Source: Eledone cirrhosa (taxonomy: Eukaryota). From it: a stretch of DNA of 64,000 bases. The position numbers and the translations under genes were made by a program. Location: assembly GCA_964016885.1 (NCBI GenBank), contig OZ024743.1, forward strand, positions 368,218,001 through 368,282,000, given 5' to 3'. Positions 36,818 through 49,900 of this stretch are shown here, piece by piece (within the stretch, counting starts at the first letter, position 1; the number at the start of each line of letters is the position of its first letter). The notes below the pieces were generated by a model. The model did not search any database. It was not told where the DNA came from and saw only the letters and a list, made by a program, of their open reading frames with translations.

Positions 36818-37140
36818 GTAGGTGCTTTAACCATCACTTAGTAAATAATTACCTTTTTATCTTCCTGTTTGAGATGTAGACTTTTTGTTGTTGTTGATGT
36901 TGTGTCTGTGTTCAATGACCAGGTATTACATTTCAGTAAGGATTCACTGGCTAGCTCACCTGAATAATGTCTAAATACAGAATCTAAGTTTTGTTTCCCT
37001 CATTTTAAATGAATGTCTTCTTGCTAGGATAATTATGTGTCTTTAGCAAAACACCTGTTTTAAAGCTAGCTTTACCTCAAATGGTCAAGTAATTAATTGG
37101 TTCATCTACTCCAATGAGCCACCTCTACATCATAGCTTAA

Positions 37141-39683
37141 CCCTTTAGTGTTCAAACCGCCAGAAAGCACCCAAAATTATTTCCCCTTCATTTGTTCAAA
37201 CCGCCCGAAAGTGCCCGAAAACACCTACACTAAAATATCGTTCTAAAAATAAACAAACCATCATCAAAATCTTGTCAATTCGAGACTACTGCGAGATTAG
37301 GCCTTTACCGTGAAAACTAACACTTAATATAGTGAAACAAGTTGAAGCAACACGTGTTTTTTTAACTTTGAAAGTGCAACAAATTTTTTTTGTATCAACA
37401 TGGCTTCTGAAAGTAGCGATACCGACTTTGAAGGTTTTACACAAGACGACATTCAGAATGAACAAAAAACAAAAGATAATATTAGTGATATATCATCAAA
37501 TGAATCTGATGTTTATATTTCTGAAATTTCGTCCGACGAAGATTGTTATTTTGAAAGTGAAAGCGAAGCAGATCTCCAGGGCGCCATTGAAGATATTTCA
37601 GCAACATGGTCGAAAAATACCACACCAATACATGCTCCCGATTTTGTTGAAAATACTGGTCCACAGCATATATTACCTCCCGATGCTAAAGCACTGGATT
37701 ATTTGTTTTTGTTTTTGCCACAAACTTTCTTTGAAGTTGTGGCAAAAGAGACGAATCGATATGCCCAACAGCAGATTTCATATCGAAGAAAACCCGATCA
37801 GTTATGGCGACCGACAGATGCTGCGGAGTTGCATGCATTTTTTACCATAAACATTGTTTGGTATAAAACAATTTCCAAGACTGTGGAATGGAATTACTGG
37901 AGCACTGATATAAGGTTTAGCGACCCTTATATATCGAGTATTATGCCAAAAACAAGGTATTTGTAATTAAACCAGTATTTGCATCTGGTTGATACTTCAA
38001 ATGCCCCTGGTAGAAATGATTTCAATTATGACCCTCTGTATAAAGTTCGACCAGTAATTAAAATGCTCTCGGAAAAATTTAAAACAGTGTATATACCTGG
38101 GAAAAATCTTAGTTTTGATGAAGCTATGATTGGGTATAAGGGTAGGATTCATTTTAGACAATACATGCGAGCTAAACTCACTAAATGGGGCATCAAGGTG
38201 TGGGAACTCTGTGAATCGGACACAGGCTACTGTGTAAACTTTGATGTTTACACAGGAAAGAAACAACGGAGAGAGAAAATATGTTGTGTGGTCTCTGACT
38301 GAACCCTTTCACTCTCAACATAAACACATATATTTTGATCGTTTTTTTTTTTCAGTGCGTCTAGCAGAGGATCTTGCCCTCATAAATACGTACACCTGCA
38401 GTACAATAATGGGGAATCGCAAAAAATAATGAAAATCACAAAATTTAAAAAGAGAGGGGACATTCTCCAATTGCAAAAGGGAACTTGTTAGCCACATTGT
38501 ATAAAGACAAGCGGCAAATTTTGTTCCTATCATCTAACCAAGAACCAGTAGTTGGGGCTGAAGGTAAACCTTTAGTCAACCTCTCCTATAATAAATATCC
38601 GACCAATATTACGCGTATTACCCAGTTGGACGCCCTGGAAAGAAATGGTGGAGATATATCTTGTGGTTTTTAGTGAATTTGACCATTGAGAATTCTTTTA
38701 TTGTATTCACTAAAAGCCACAAGAATCCGCCACCACCAAAGGACTACTGTCACATGAAATTTTGTGTAGACGTTGCCTCTCAGCTACGTGGAGGATATTC
38801 TTCTCGTAAACACAAAGCTGGGAGAAAGTCGAAATTATCTGAGGTAAACACGGAAAATATTGATTTTCACAAAGTGGAGAAAATTAATGGGAGGAAGGTT
38901 TGCCGAATGTGCTCTTTGCAAAAGAGAAAAAACTGTTAAAGGTTATGCAATTCAAACCACGTTTATGTGTTCTTTTTGCAAAGTGCCATTATGTAAAGGC
39001 TGTTTTGGTCAATATCATGATAGAAATATTGTCTGACAATATAGAAAAAAATATTTAAAAAATATATTGGAACACATTAGATACAAAAACACCTGCATTC
39101 ACCTGTGTCACACCTGCATCACACCTGTTAAAGAACTTATATATTGGGAACATTCTGTTATATAAATCTACTCAGTACATTGTGTAAGAGTATATTGCCA
39201 ATATTATTTTGACTGGTGAAAGAGTTTTATACATTTTTTCAATGAAAATATTTGCATGAAATGTAGAGACAGACTAAAACCGTGTACTGATTATACCTGC
39301 ATTTTAAATTAATTCACCTGTTCGGAAATGTGCTAAGATTGTTGGAAGTCAACATCTAGGTCATTGTTGGATATTCTTTGTAACAAATCTAGCAGGTAAG
39401 TCAGATAAAGTTTTAATTTTTGTGTTTATCCATAAAGTCATTACTTTTACACCTGTTAATTAATTGCACCTGCCCATCAAATTTAAAAAGAAAAAATCGG
39501 TAAAAATATACAATTGTATATTATTGATAGTTTAACATCTACTGACAACATTTCAAGTCTGCACATAGAAAATTAAGAAAATTACAAACAAATGAAATTG
39601 ATAACCCTCTTGAGTATGATTAACTCAAAATAAATGCGAACAAATAAGCATGACATTTGAAAATTAATGCGAATGCTAAAGGG
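37141..39683 (+). mobile_element. piggyBac transposon, full-length and defective
   Basis: TTAA at 37137-37140 and 39684-39687; TIRs CCCTTTAGTGTTC and GAATGCTAAAGGG. Confidence 0.92.
37400..39036 (+). pseudogene. piggyBac (PGBD4-like) transposase with stops and frameshifts
   Basis: Acidic N-terminus, ETNRYA, LSFDEAMI, KWGIKVW, IYFDRFF; third catalytic Asp region appears deleted; C-terminal Cys-rich CRMC..CSFCKVPLC..CF..YH. Confidence 0.88.
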
Positions 39684-40088
39684 TTAATTTATATCATTGA
39701 TACACTTCTACATCATAGTTTAATCTCTATCAGTTACAAACTTCTACTCTATACCAGTTGCCCAGATTCATGTCATAGTTTAATTTAATCCATTAACCTA
39801 AGACAACTTAAAAACTTGCAGACTGATGTTGAATCTTGAAATATTATTGCTTAGGAAAATATATTCTGTCTAGAATTTTCATTAAAAAAAATATATTTGC
39901 TATGATATTTTATCATAATACATTGCTTCAGCTATCTAAAAATTACTTTCTTCTTGTATTGGAAAAGATGCCTATTTGGAATTTGGAAAATATGCTCAAC
40001 TGTCTATCTTATATATAATTGTATCTATATATATATATATATTATATATATATATATATATATAATATATAAAAATCAATACAATATA

Positions 40089-40166
40089 ATTACCTCATTA
40101 CCAGAGGTTTCCCGAATGAGGCGAATACAAAAGAAACGTCTTCATTCGTTCGTCAGACGAGGCAAT
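40089..40166 (-). ncRNA. Hammerhead H3 with intact core (plus copy at 43014-43091 has GAAA changed to UAAA)
   Basis: AUUGCCUCGU-CUGACGA-ACGAAUGA..UCAUUCGG-GAAA-CCUCUGG-UA/AUGAGGUAAU; 10-bp stem I. Confidence 0.85.
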
Positions 40167-41194
40167 ATAAAACATGGGTAAATACTTGGAAAGTCTCAAG
40201 AAAAGCAAAAAAAAAAATATAGACAAATGAATTAGAATATGAAATATATAAAAATCTTACAAGAAATATAGTTAGGTGTGTGTATATGTATGTATATACA
40301 TACGCTCACAGATGTGCATATATGTGTATGCACATATGTATACGTATAGTGAAAAAGTGTGCGTAAATATATAATTTAGGGCAAATGTATCTGTATCTAT
40401 AATCTACAGACAGAATAGATACATCATAAGAATATGAAGGCGCGCGCATAAACACACCTACACACACATACACTTATATGCGGAAGTAAAAGAGGTAAGG
40501 GAGTGTAATAATTAAAGGAAAGTATCAATCTCGATATATTTATAAAAATGGAACAATAATTTAGAAAGAAAAAATTAAAGAAAAGAAGACAAACAAGGTA
40601 CACACATACACACACATGTATATCTCACAAAAGAAACGCAAAAATATACATACTTATATACACATGCACACTTACACATCCATACGTTCGATACGTACAC
40701 ACACACACACACACACACACATACTTACACTCATGCATATTGACCTGTCTGCATGCACACGCATAAAAATGAGGATGTAAAAAAAGGGGAGAAGAAAAAA
40801 GAAACAAAACATAAAACCTAGATGTAAAAACACGGATATAAAGACACATACACATGCATATATATATATATACACGCGCGCGCACATACGTAGGCGCTCA
40901 TGTACATATATAGAAAGTATACACACATTAAGGCGTTCAGCCACATAGATACAGGGTGTAAAAAACTTGTGGTTAAGTAAGTGCAAATATAAAATTGTAA
41001 GATTGGCTGCGCAAAAATAAAAAATAAAAAATAAAAAATAAAAAATAAAAAATAAAAAATAAAAAATAAAAATATAAAATATCTGGAGTGGAAAACGCAA
41101 GTGACCACTGTAATCAGTTAGTGAAGGAAATAGGGAAGTAAAAAATGGAAAGTGAAGATATAGCGTTTTTAGCGAACCGATTAAATACATACCC

Positions 41195-41881
41195 AACTAT
41201 ACTAACTGGTTCACACCCCCCTACTCTCTAGCAGTTAAAACTAATGTAGGCAAAAAATTCCTAGAGCTCCTAGATAAACATTTCCCTAGAACACCAAGAT
41301 ACTATAAGATCTTTAACAGAAACTGTGTCAAAATTAGCTATTCCTGCGGTCCCCCTATTAAGTCCTATATCATCAACAAAAAATCACCTAAAGAAAATCA
41401 AACTTGCTCATGTAGAATCAAAAGTGAATGCCCATTACAAGGTAAATGCAACACCAAAGCCATTGTATATGCGGCTAAAGTGACAACCATCAGCAACAAC
41501 CATCCAGCCACCAGTGAACGATATGTGGGTATGACACAAGACAAATTCAAAACGCGTTATTACTCACATGTCGCATCCTTTCGACATCCAGAAAAAAGAT
41601 TTACAACAGCTCTGGCTAGCAGAATTTGGGATTTGAAAGACCAAGGCATCCAATATAAATTGGATTGGTCAATTTTGAACCAATCTAAAGAATATGCAAG
41701 AGGAACAAGAAAATGCACGCTCTGCATAAATGAAAAATATTGGATCTTGCAAAATCTTAAATCACCAAAGACCTGCCTGAACACAAGGACGGAAATTTTC
41801 ACCAGTTGCCCACACATGAAATCACACCTGCTTTCCAGCTCATATAAACTTAACACACTTTCAGATACTTATCCTCCATAA
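41195..41881 (+). pseudogene. PLE C-terminal linker + GIY-YIG endonuclease fragment
   Basis: WFTPPYS..KTNVGKKFL, KIFNRNCVKISYSC, CSCR..CPLQGKC, IVYAAKV..YVGMT, CTLCINEK, CPH. Confidence 0.88.
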
Positions 41882-43208
41882 ACTCTTATTATTCTCTTTA
41901 TAATTACCCCTTCTGATTTACTTTCATTTTTATCCTTATTATTAATTTCATTTATTTTTATTTTTATTTTTATATATTTTTTTATTATTTTTACTTTACA
42001 TCCACCAATAACCCCCCCCCCCCTTTATTCTCCGATTCACTTACCTAATATCTTCACTTTCCATTTTTTACTTCCCTATTTCCTTCACTAACTGATTACA
42101 GTGGTCACTTGCGTTTTCCACTCCAGATATTTTTTATTTTTATTTTTATTTTTTATTTTTGCGCAGCCAATCTTACAATTTTATAATTTTATATTTGCAC
42201 TTACTTATCCACAAGTTTTTTACACCCTGTATCTATGTGGCTGAACGCCTTAATGTGTGTATACTTTCTATATATGTACATGAGCGCCTACGTATGTGCG
42301 CACGCGTGTGTGTATATATATATGTATGTGTATGTGTATGTGTCTTTATATCCGTGTTTTTACATCTAGATTTTATGTTTTGTTTCTTTTTTCTTCTCCC
42401 CTTTTTTTACATCCTCATTTTTATGCATGTGCATGCAAACAGGTCAATATGCGTGAGTGTAAGTATGTGTGTGTGTGTGTGTGTGTACGTATCGAACATA
42501 TGGATGTTTAAGTGTGCGTGTGTATATAAGCATGTATATTTTTGCGTTTCTTTTGTGAGATATACGTGTGTGTGTATGCGTGTACCTTGTTTGTCTTTTC
42601 TTTTTAATTTTTTCTTTCTAAATTATTGTTCCATTTTTATAAATATATCGAGATTGATACTTTCCTTTAATTATTACACTCCCTTACCTCTTTTACTTCC
42701 GCATATAAGTGTACGTGTGTGTAGGTGTGTTTATGCGCGTACCTTCATATTCTTATGAGGTATCTATTCTGTCTGTAGTTTACAGATACACAGATACATT
42801 TGCCCTAAATTATATATTTACGCACACTTTTTCACTATACGTATACATATGTGCATACACATATATGCACATCTGTGAGCGTATATACATACATATACAC
42901 ACACCTAACTATATTTCTTGTAAGATTTTTATATATTTCATATTCTAATTCATTTGTCTATATTTTTTTTGCTTTTCTTGATGAGACTTTCCGAGTATTT
43001 ACCCATGTTTTATATTGCCTCGTCTGACGAACGAATGAAGACGTTTCTTTTGTATTCACCTCATTCGGTAAACCTCTGGTAATGAGATAATTATATTGTA
43101 TTGATTTTTATACATTAAATTTTGCTCTGGTACTTACATAGAGCACTCTTCACTTCTATGACCTTTTCTGTTTTCAACGGAAATTTCAATACTTATATAT
43201 ATATATGT

Positions 43209-43486
43209 GATGTGTTGTGTCCTTGAGCAAGACACTTTATTTCACATTGCTCCAGTTTACTCAGCTGTAGAAATGAGATGATAGGGACTGGGGTCCCTGT
43301 CATTCCACTGCAAAGTGGTCGTTGAGGTGCCACGGCAAAAAAGCACCCAGCACTCACTGTAAATGAGGTTGGCGTTAGGAAGGGCATCCAGCTGTAGAAA
43401 TCGAGCGTGAATCAGTTCCCGTCCCACCCTTGCAAGCAGGGAAAAGCGGACGTAAAATGAAATGATGATGATGATGATGATGATGA
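43209..43486 (+). mobile_element. 5'-truncated SINE: Meta/V-like central domain + RTE pseudoknot module + RTE family C tail
   Basis: GTGTCCTTGAGCAAGACACTT; body matches the family A 3' UTR; tail CCCGTCCCACCCTTGCAAGCAGGGAAAAGCGGACGTAAAATGA matches the family C end. Confidence 0.8.
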
Positions 43487-43495
43487 TACAGATCA

Positions 43496-43533
43496 CGAGC
43501 TGAAGATCCGTGAAGGTGAAACAATTGTTCTCG
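43496..43533 (+). ncRNA. Solo 38-nt minimal hammerhead motif
   Basis: CGAG-CUGAAGA-UCC gugaa GGU-GAAA-CAAUUG-UU/CUCG; palindromic stem III. Confidence 0.7.
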
Positions 43534-43825
43534 GTATGGTGAACTAACTGTTGTGTAATCACTTCTATATATATATAGGCCTCTTGAGGCCCTTTGTCAC
43601 TGAAATTCGTTTGTTTGAATTCATATGATTCCAGTTCCTCAGAGAAATAACAACCTAACCAGGAACTGGACATATCAGAGTATTGACAAAATTATACACC
43701 TCAACAACATATGTACTTGTCTATACCACACTAATTCGGACTGCCTGATATAGCAGTAATAAACGAAGCTAAATTTTAAACATTTGACTTTTTATTTAAC
43801 TTTATATATAATTGTATATATATAT

Positions 43826-44016
43826 GAGCCAGTTGAAGGAAGACGTGGTAGAGGTAGACCACAAAAAACATGGGCGGAGGTGGTGAGAACAGACCTCAGA
43901 TCATTGAAGCTCACGGTGGAGATGACGAAGGACCGTGACGAGTGGAGAGATGCTGTGCTGAATAAGACCCGTCCCACCCTTGCAAGCAGGGAAAAGCAGA
44001 CGTAAGATGATGATGA
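43826..44016 (+). mobile_element. RTE family C short 3' fragment
   Basis: PVEGRRGRGRPQKTW..KTRPTLASREK plus (GAT)n tail, inside (TA)n. Confidence 0.9.
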
Positions 44017-44048
44017 TATATATATATATATAATTGTATATATATATA

Positions 44049-44087
<39 letters not shown>

Positions 44088-44248
44088 TTAAGGATACTAT
44101 TTATGGTTATGTATATACTAAAACCTTTTATAGTTATATATATTTTATACCCTAAATAGTGAGACAGTAATTTATTACTATCTTATTACCAGTAAGATAA
44201 ATAGCTCAATGTAACAACATCAGTTGTTTTGCAGAGCAGTTATATAGA

Positions 44249-44941
44249 GATTACATGAATCAAAGTTCTGTTTAAATCATTTATTTGCTTACAATTGTTT
44301 CTTCCAAACCGAGGTTTGGAGTCTTCGGAGTAATTATTCAGTGATTTTTAACATACTTGACCTCCTTTTCAACACAAGAGACATATAGAAACATATGTAT
44401 ATATTGACCCACAGTGGGTTGACATCCATTATAATAATATAGCATGGTAATTTACATACAAAGATTACAGTCATATTAAAGGACAAAATTAAAGTTAAAA
44501 TTAAAATAAAACATTGGTAGTTTAATAAGATAAAGCAAGAGGAAAGTTTGGAGTAGCCAGTGTATGCAAAAGTCACACGTGTGGCATGCACGCGTGTCCT
44601 ATTTATACAAGATTATAGTGCGGCAGATTGTTACATGTAAAACAAGCAGTCAAAGCAGGCAATCAAGAGCATCATGGGGGCTGTACTGGTAAAGCATTAT
44701 TCACACACACCTGTACAATATAGAAGCCCGTGTGTAGAGAAACACCAAAAATATCAAAAATATTACAAATGAGAAGCAAAACAGTCAATATATACATATG
44801 TTTCTATATGTCTCTTGTGTTGAAAAGGAGATCAAGTATGTTAAAAATCACTGAATAATTGCTCCGAAGACTCCAAACCTCGGTTTGGAAGAAACAATTG
44901 TAAGCAAATAAATGATTTAAACAGAACTTTGATTCATGTAA

Positions 44942-44944
<3 letters not shown>
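44249..44944. mobile_element. Fold-back element with inverted hammerhead pair H4
   Basis: Arms of about 160 bp (44249-44407 / 44785-44944) with an ~380-bp spacer; (TA)n downstream. Confidence 0.8.
44859..44907 (+). ncRNA. Hammerhead H4 with U4C core variant (antisense copy at 44285-44333)
   Basis: UUGCU-CCGAAGA-CUCCAAACC uc GGUUUGGAA-GAAA-CAAUUG-UA/AGCAA. Confidence 0.7.
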
Positions 44945-45006
<62 letters not shown>

Positions 45007-45035
45007 GTATATATATATATATATAATTGTATATA

Positions 45036-45072
<37 letters not shown>

Positions 45073-45121
45073 GTATATATATGAAATGATGAAATGATAT
45101 ATATATATATAATTGTATATA

Positions 45122-45160
<39 letters not shown>

Positions 45161-45190
45161 GTATATATATATATATATATATAATTGTAT

Positions 45191-46775
45191 ATAAATTAAT
45201 AAAAACAATGAATAAAAACAAAGAAACAGTTCCTTATATTAAAAAATTCATCATTTTACGATCGTTTCTAGGATATATATGTGTGTGTTGGTATGTATAT
45301 CATATAGATCTATGTAAAGGTTTACAAACTATCAGAGGGAATATACATACCTACACATATATATGCTGTCTTCAGAAATAAATCTGAAGACAGCATATAT
45401 ATGTGTAGGTATGTATATTCCCTGATAGTTTGTCAAACTTTTACATAGATCTATCATCATCATCATCATCGTTTAACGTCCATATTCCACGCTCGCATGG
45501 GTTTGGACGGGAGTTTTCCCACTTGAGGCAAGAGTGGTTCTCATGCTCGCATAGGACTGTCTGGCGGGTTTTCTACGGCTGGATGCCCTTACTAACACCA
45601 ACTACATTTACAGTGTGGAACTGGGAGGTTTTTACTGTGTTACCTACACGGCCACATTACAGCGTGGACTGTGCGTTTTTTTGTCGTGATACCTACATGA
45701 CCTCGTTTGTTTCGGGCTGGATGTTGTGGTACCAACATAACTTTACATTGAAAGGGGTGGTGTGTATGGGGTGGGGGTAGTGGGACGGGGGTGTATTTTG
45801 TTAGAGGCGCCTACTGACTGTAGTAGGTTTCACTTTGCACTTAGGTAAGGCGGGTCTTCTCTATTACTATGTAGCGCCAAAGATCTCGGTCCAGTGACAT
45901 TGTCTTGGAGAGGTGTGTGAGGTCGGAATTTATCAAGTCGTCCCAGGTTTTTCTGGGTCTGCCTACTCCGTGGCTACCGTCTATTTTTATTGCCCTGCAC
46001 TTTTTTCTACAGCTGTCGTCTTTCATGCGCATCACGTGACCATACCAACGTAGTCTTCTCTCGAGTAAACATCTGATCCCTCTTATTTCTAATTTCTACC
46101 TTAGTTTGTTTATGCTTTGCCGTTCATGTATATTACTATTACACATCCAGCGGAGCATGTAAGCTTCGTTCCTCTCCAGTCTGCGTATATCCTCTGCACA
46201 CAATGCCCAGGTCTCACTGCCATGTAACATTGTGTTCGTATGCAGGCATCATACAGCCTGCCTTTCACTTTTAGAGAGAACCCTTTAGCGGCCAATAGTG
46301 GTATAAGCTCTCTGAACTTTTTCCATCCCGTTCTGACTTTAGCTACTGTACTTTCAGAGCACCCTCCCCCACTGCTGATTTTGTCACCCAGGTAACGGAA
46401 GCTGTCCACTATTTCTATAGAACCATCTGTGCAATGGAATGAGTTAGTATTCTGTGGGCACTTACTGCTACTTATTGCACCAGAGCACCGGCCACATATA
46501 AAATCTATATTCTTAGTTAGCTATAAAATCTATATTCTTAGTTAGTATGATATACATACCAACACACACATATATATCCTAGAAACAATCGTAAAATGAT
46601 GAATTTTTTAATATAAGGAACTGTTTCTTTGTTTTTATTAATTTATCTTGACTCTGTTTTCCTGTGTTTTTATCGAAAACATTTTGAATACATCTTCTCT
46701 TTTCATAATATTTGGATTACATTGAGTACTTCATACGGATTGGATACTACTGTATATTTTGATAGATTTATCTAC
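45191..46775. mobile_element. Fold-back element H5 interrupted by an RTE insertion
   Basis: Palindrome centred near 45379; the right arm breaks at GATCTA (about 45452) and resumes TATGATATAC at about 46546; minus-strand hammerhead at 45251-45381. Confidence 0.85.
45453..46545 (-). mobile_element. RTE family B 5'-truncated copy nested in H5
   Basis: (GAT)n tail, 3' UTR and ORF C-terminus; ~24-bp tandem duplication at the 5' junction. Confidence 0.9.
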
Positions 46776-46866
46776 ATATATAATTGTATATACATATATA
46801 ATTGTATATATATATAATTGTATATATATATATATATATATATATAATTGTATACATATATATATA

Positions 46867-46907
<41 letters not shown>

Positions 46908-46911
<4 letters not shown>

Positions 46912-49900
46912 TCATCATCATTTAATGTCCATCTTCCATGCTTGCATGGGTTTGGAAGGGAATTTTCCCACTTGAGGCAAGATTGGTTGTCTTGCTCGCA
47001 TAGGACTGTCTGGCGGGTTTTCTACGGCTGGATGCCCTTCCTAACACCAACCACATTTACAGTGTGGAACTAGGAGGTTTTTTACTGTGTTACCTACACG
47101 GCCACATTACAGCGTGGACTGTGTTTTTTTTAACGTGACACCCACATGACCTCATTTGTTTCGGACTGGATGTTGTGGTACCAACATAACTTTACATTGA
47201 AAGGGGTGGTGTGGATGGGGTGGGGGTAGTCGGACGGGTGTGTGTTTTTGTTAGAGGTGCCTGCTCACTGTAGGTTTCGCTTTGTACTTAGGCAAGGCGG
47301 GTCTTCAGTATTACTGTGTAGCGCCAAAGATCTCGGTCCAGTGACATTGTCTTGGAGAGGTGTAAGTGTGTGAGGTCGGAATTTATCAAGTCGTCCCAGG
47401 TTTTTCTGGCTCTGCCTACTTTGTGGCTACATTCTATTTTTGTCGCCCTGCACTTTTTTCTACAGCTGTCGTCTTTCATGCACATCACGTGACCATACCA
47501 ACATAGTCTTCTCTCGAGAAACAACATCTGATCCCTCTTATTCCTAATTTCTCCCTTAGTTTGTTTATGCTTTGCCGTTCACGTATATTACTATTACACA
47601 CCCAGCGGAACAATCAAGCTTCGTTCCTCTCTAGTCTGTGTATATCCTCTGCACACAATGCCCAAATCTCACTGCCATGTAACATTGCTGTTCGTATGCA
47701 GGCATCATACAGCCTGCCTTTCATTTTTAGAGAGAACCCTTTAGCGGCCAATAGTGGTATAAGCTCTCTGAACTTTTTCCATCCCGTTCTGACTCTAGCT
47801 ACTGTACTTTCTGAGCACCCTCCTCCACTGCTGATTTTGTCACCCAGATAACGGAAGGTGTCCACTATTTCTAGAGAACCATCTGTGCAATGGAATGAGC
47901 TAGTATTCTGTGGGCACTTGCTGCTACTTATTGCACCAGAGCACCGGCCACATATAACGTCTATATTCTTAGTTAGCTTACCTGTGATCCCACTACATCT
48001 TTTATGCACCCATACTTTGCATTTGGGACAAAATGGAGTTTCTGCCTACTCCTTTCCTACACACTGAACATGGCTATTTCCCAGATGGGACCGGTGCCCT
48101 ATTTTCCTTCCTACAAACTAGAACTTTAGTCTTAGACAGGTTAATTTTAAGGCCTTTTAATTCTAGGCCATGCTTCCATGTTTGGAATTTCTTCTCTAGT
48201 TCAGCCATTGATTCAGCTATGAGCGTTAGATCATCTGCGTATAGGAGTTCCCATGGGCAGCCGGTCTTGAACTCCTCTATTATAGCCTGAAGGGCAATAA
48301 TAAATAGTAGGGGGCTAAGAACGGAGCCCTGATGAACACCAACTTTTACGCTAAACTCTTCACTATATTCGTTGTTAATTCTAACCTTGCTGACTGTTTC
48401 TTTATACATGGCTCATATAGCTCTCACAAGCCATTCATCAACACCTAGTTTTCTAAGAGCCCACCAGATAATGGAGCGGGGGACTCTGTCAAAAGCTTTC
48501 TCCAAGTCAAAAAAAGCTAAGTATAGGGGTTTACTTTTAGCTAGGTACTTCTCCTGTAGTTGTCGTAAAATTGAAAGAGCATCTGTGGTACTTTTACCTG
48601 ACACAAAACTGAACTGCATTTCATCTAGATCAATTCGCTCTCTGATTAGTTGCACTATTACTTTTTCTGTGACCTTCATCACCTGGTCGATTAATTTAAT
48701 GCCTCTATAGTTACTCCTATCTAGGGCGTCTCCTTTACCCTTGTAGCAGTTAATGATGATGCTGCTACGCCAGTCCTTCGGAACGGCCCCATTCTGTATG
48801 ACTTGGTTTACTATCAAGGTGACTATAGTGTGTCCTACCGTTCCAGATGCTTTCAGCATTTCAGCAACTATTTCCGAAGGCCCAGCTGCCTTACCCATCT
48901 TCATATCTTTGATTGCCTTACTCATTATACTACCTTCAACTAGCACTGCTGGTTCCTCTATTGGATCGATGTGGGTGAGACTGTCTTTCTCCCATATATT
49001 CTCCTCATTTAGTAGCCTTTCGTAGTGACACTTCCAAGCTAACTTCTTATCAGCATCAGCGATGGCAAGTACACCATCATCATTAAAGACACACTTCTCC
49101 CCGACAATATCACGGTTTTCCTTGATACATTGCCTAGCAATCCTGAACACCTCACGTTTTTGGTCCTCGCGTTGTAGAACATGCTTGAACTTTCTTTCCT
49201 CTGCTTCCCTTCTTGCGAAGCACACTTGTCTCCTAGCGTCCCTCCTGGCCACTTGATAGTCTTCTCTACTTCCCCCATCCCGCCATACTTTTCAAGCCTG
49301 CTTTTTGGCCTTAATTGATTCCTCCACCTTACTGTTCCACCACCACGTTACTCTACTCCTGCCTATAGGTCTGCTCCAGCCACAGACTTCATCTGCTGCC
49401 TTCAGCAGGTTAGCTATCAGGAATTCCAACTGTTCCTCTATATTGTATGACTCTAATTGCTCTTCCTTACTGTCAAAAGCATCAAGTAATATGCTCTTAA
49501 ATTTATTACTGGCTGTGGGGTCCTTTAGCTTCCATATTTTTCTCCTGAGGATAGTCCTCCTCTGTTGTCGAGTACATCTTGTGCTGACTATGAGGTTGCT
49601 GACTGAGTCTATGTTGGGAGGTGCATTCTTCATGGGGAGGGATTTAGTGTTTACAACAGACACTCTATCACATCTTCTGGTAAGGATATAATCTATTTGA
49701 CTGGCGTGTTCCCCTGATCTATAGGTGATCAAGTGATTGTCTCATTTTTTGAAGTTAGTGTTACAGATTGTTAGGTTATTTGCGTCACAGAATTCCAGGA
49801 TTCTGGAGCCTTCCTCATTTCTAGTACCAAACCCATAGCCTCCATGGATTCCGTCATAGCCATCACAATGTTGTCCAACGTGACCATTTAGGTCGCCAGC

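Larger units (their letters stand above)
40066..43190 (+). mobile_element. Naiad-like PLE, 5'-truncated, with ~1.1-kb inverted pLTR upstream
   Basis: 40066-41160 is the reverse complement of about 42048-43112; GIY-YIG fragment lies between; hammerhead near the outer end of each repeat. Confidence 0.88.
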
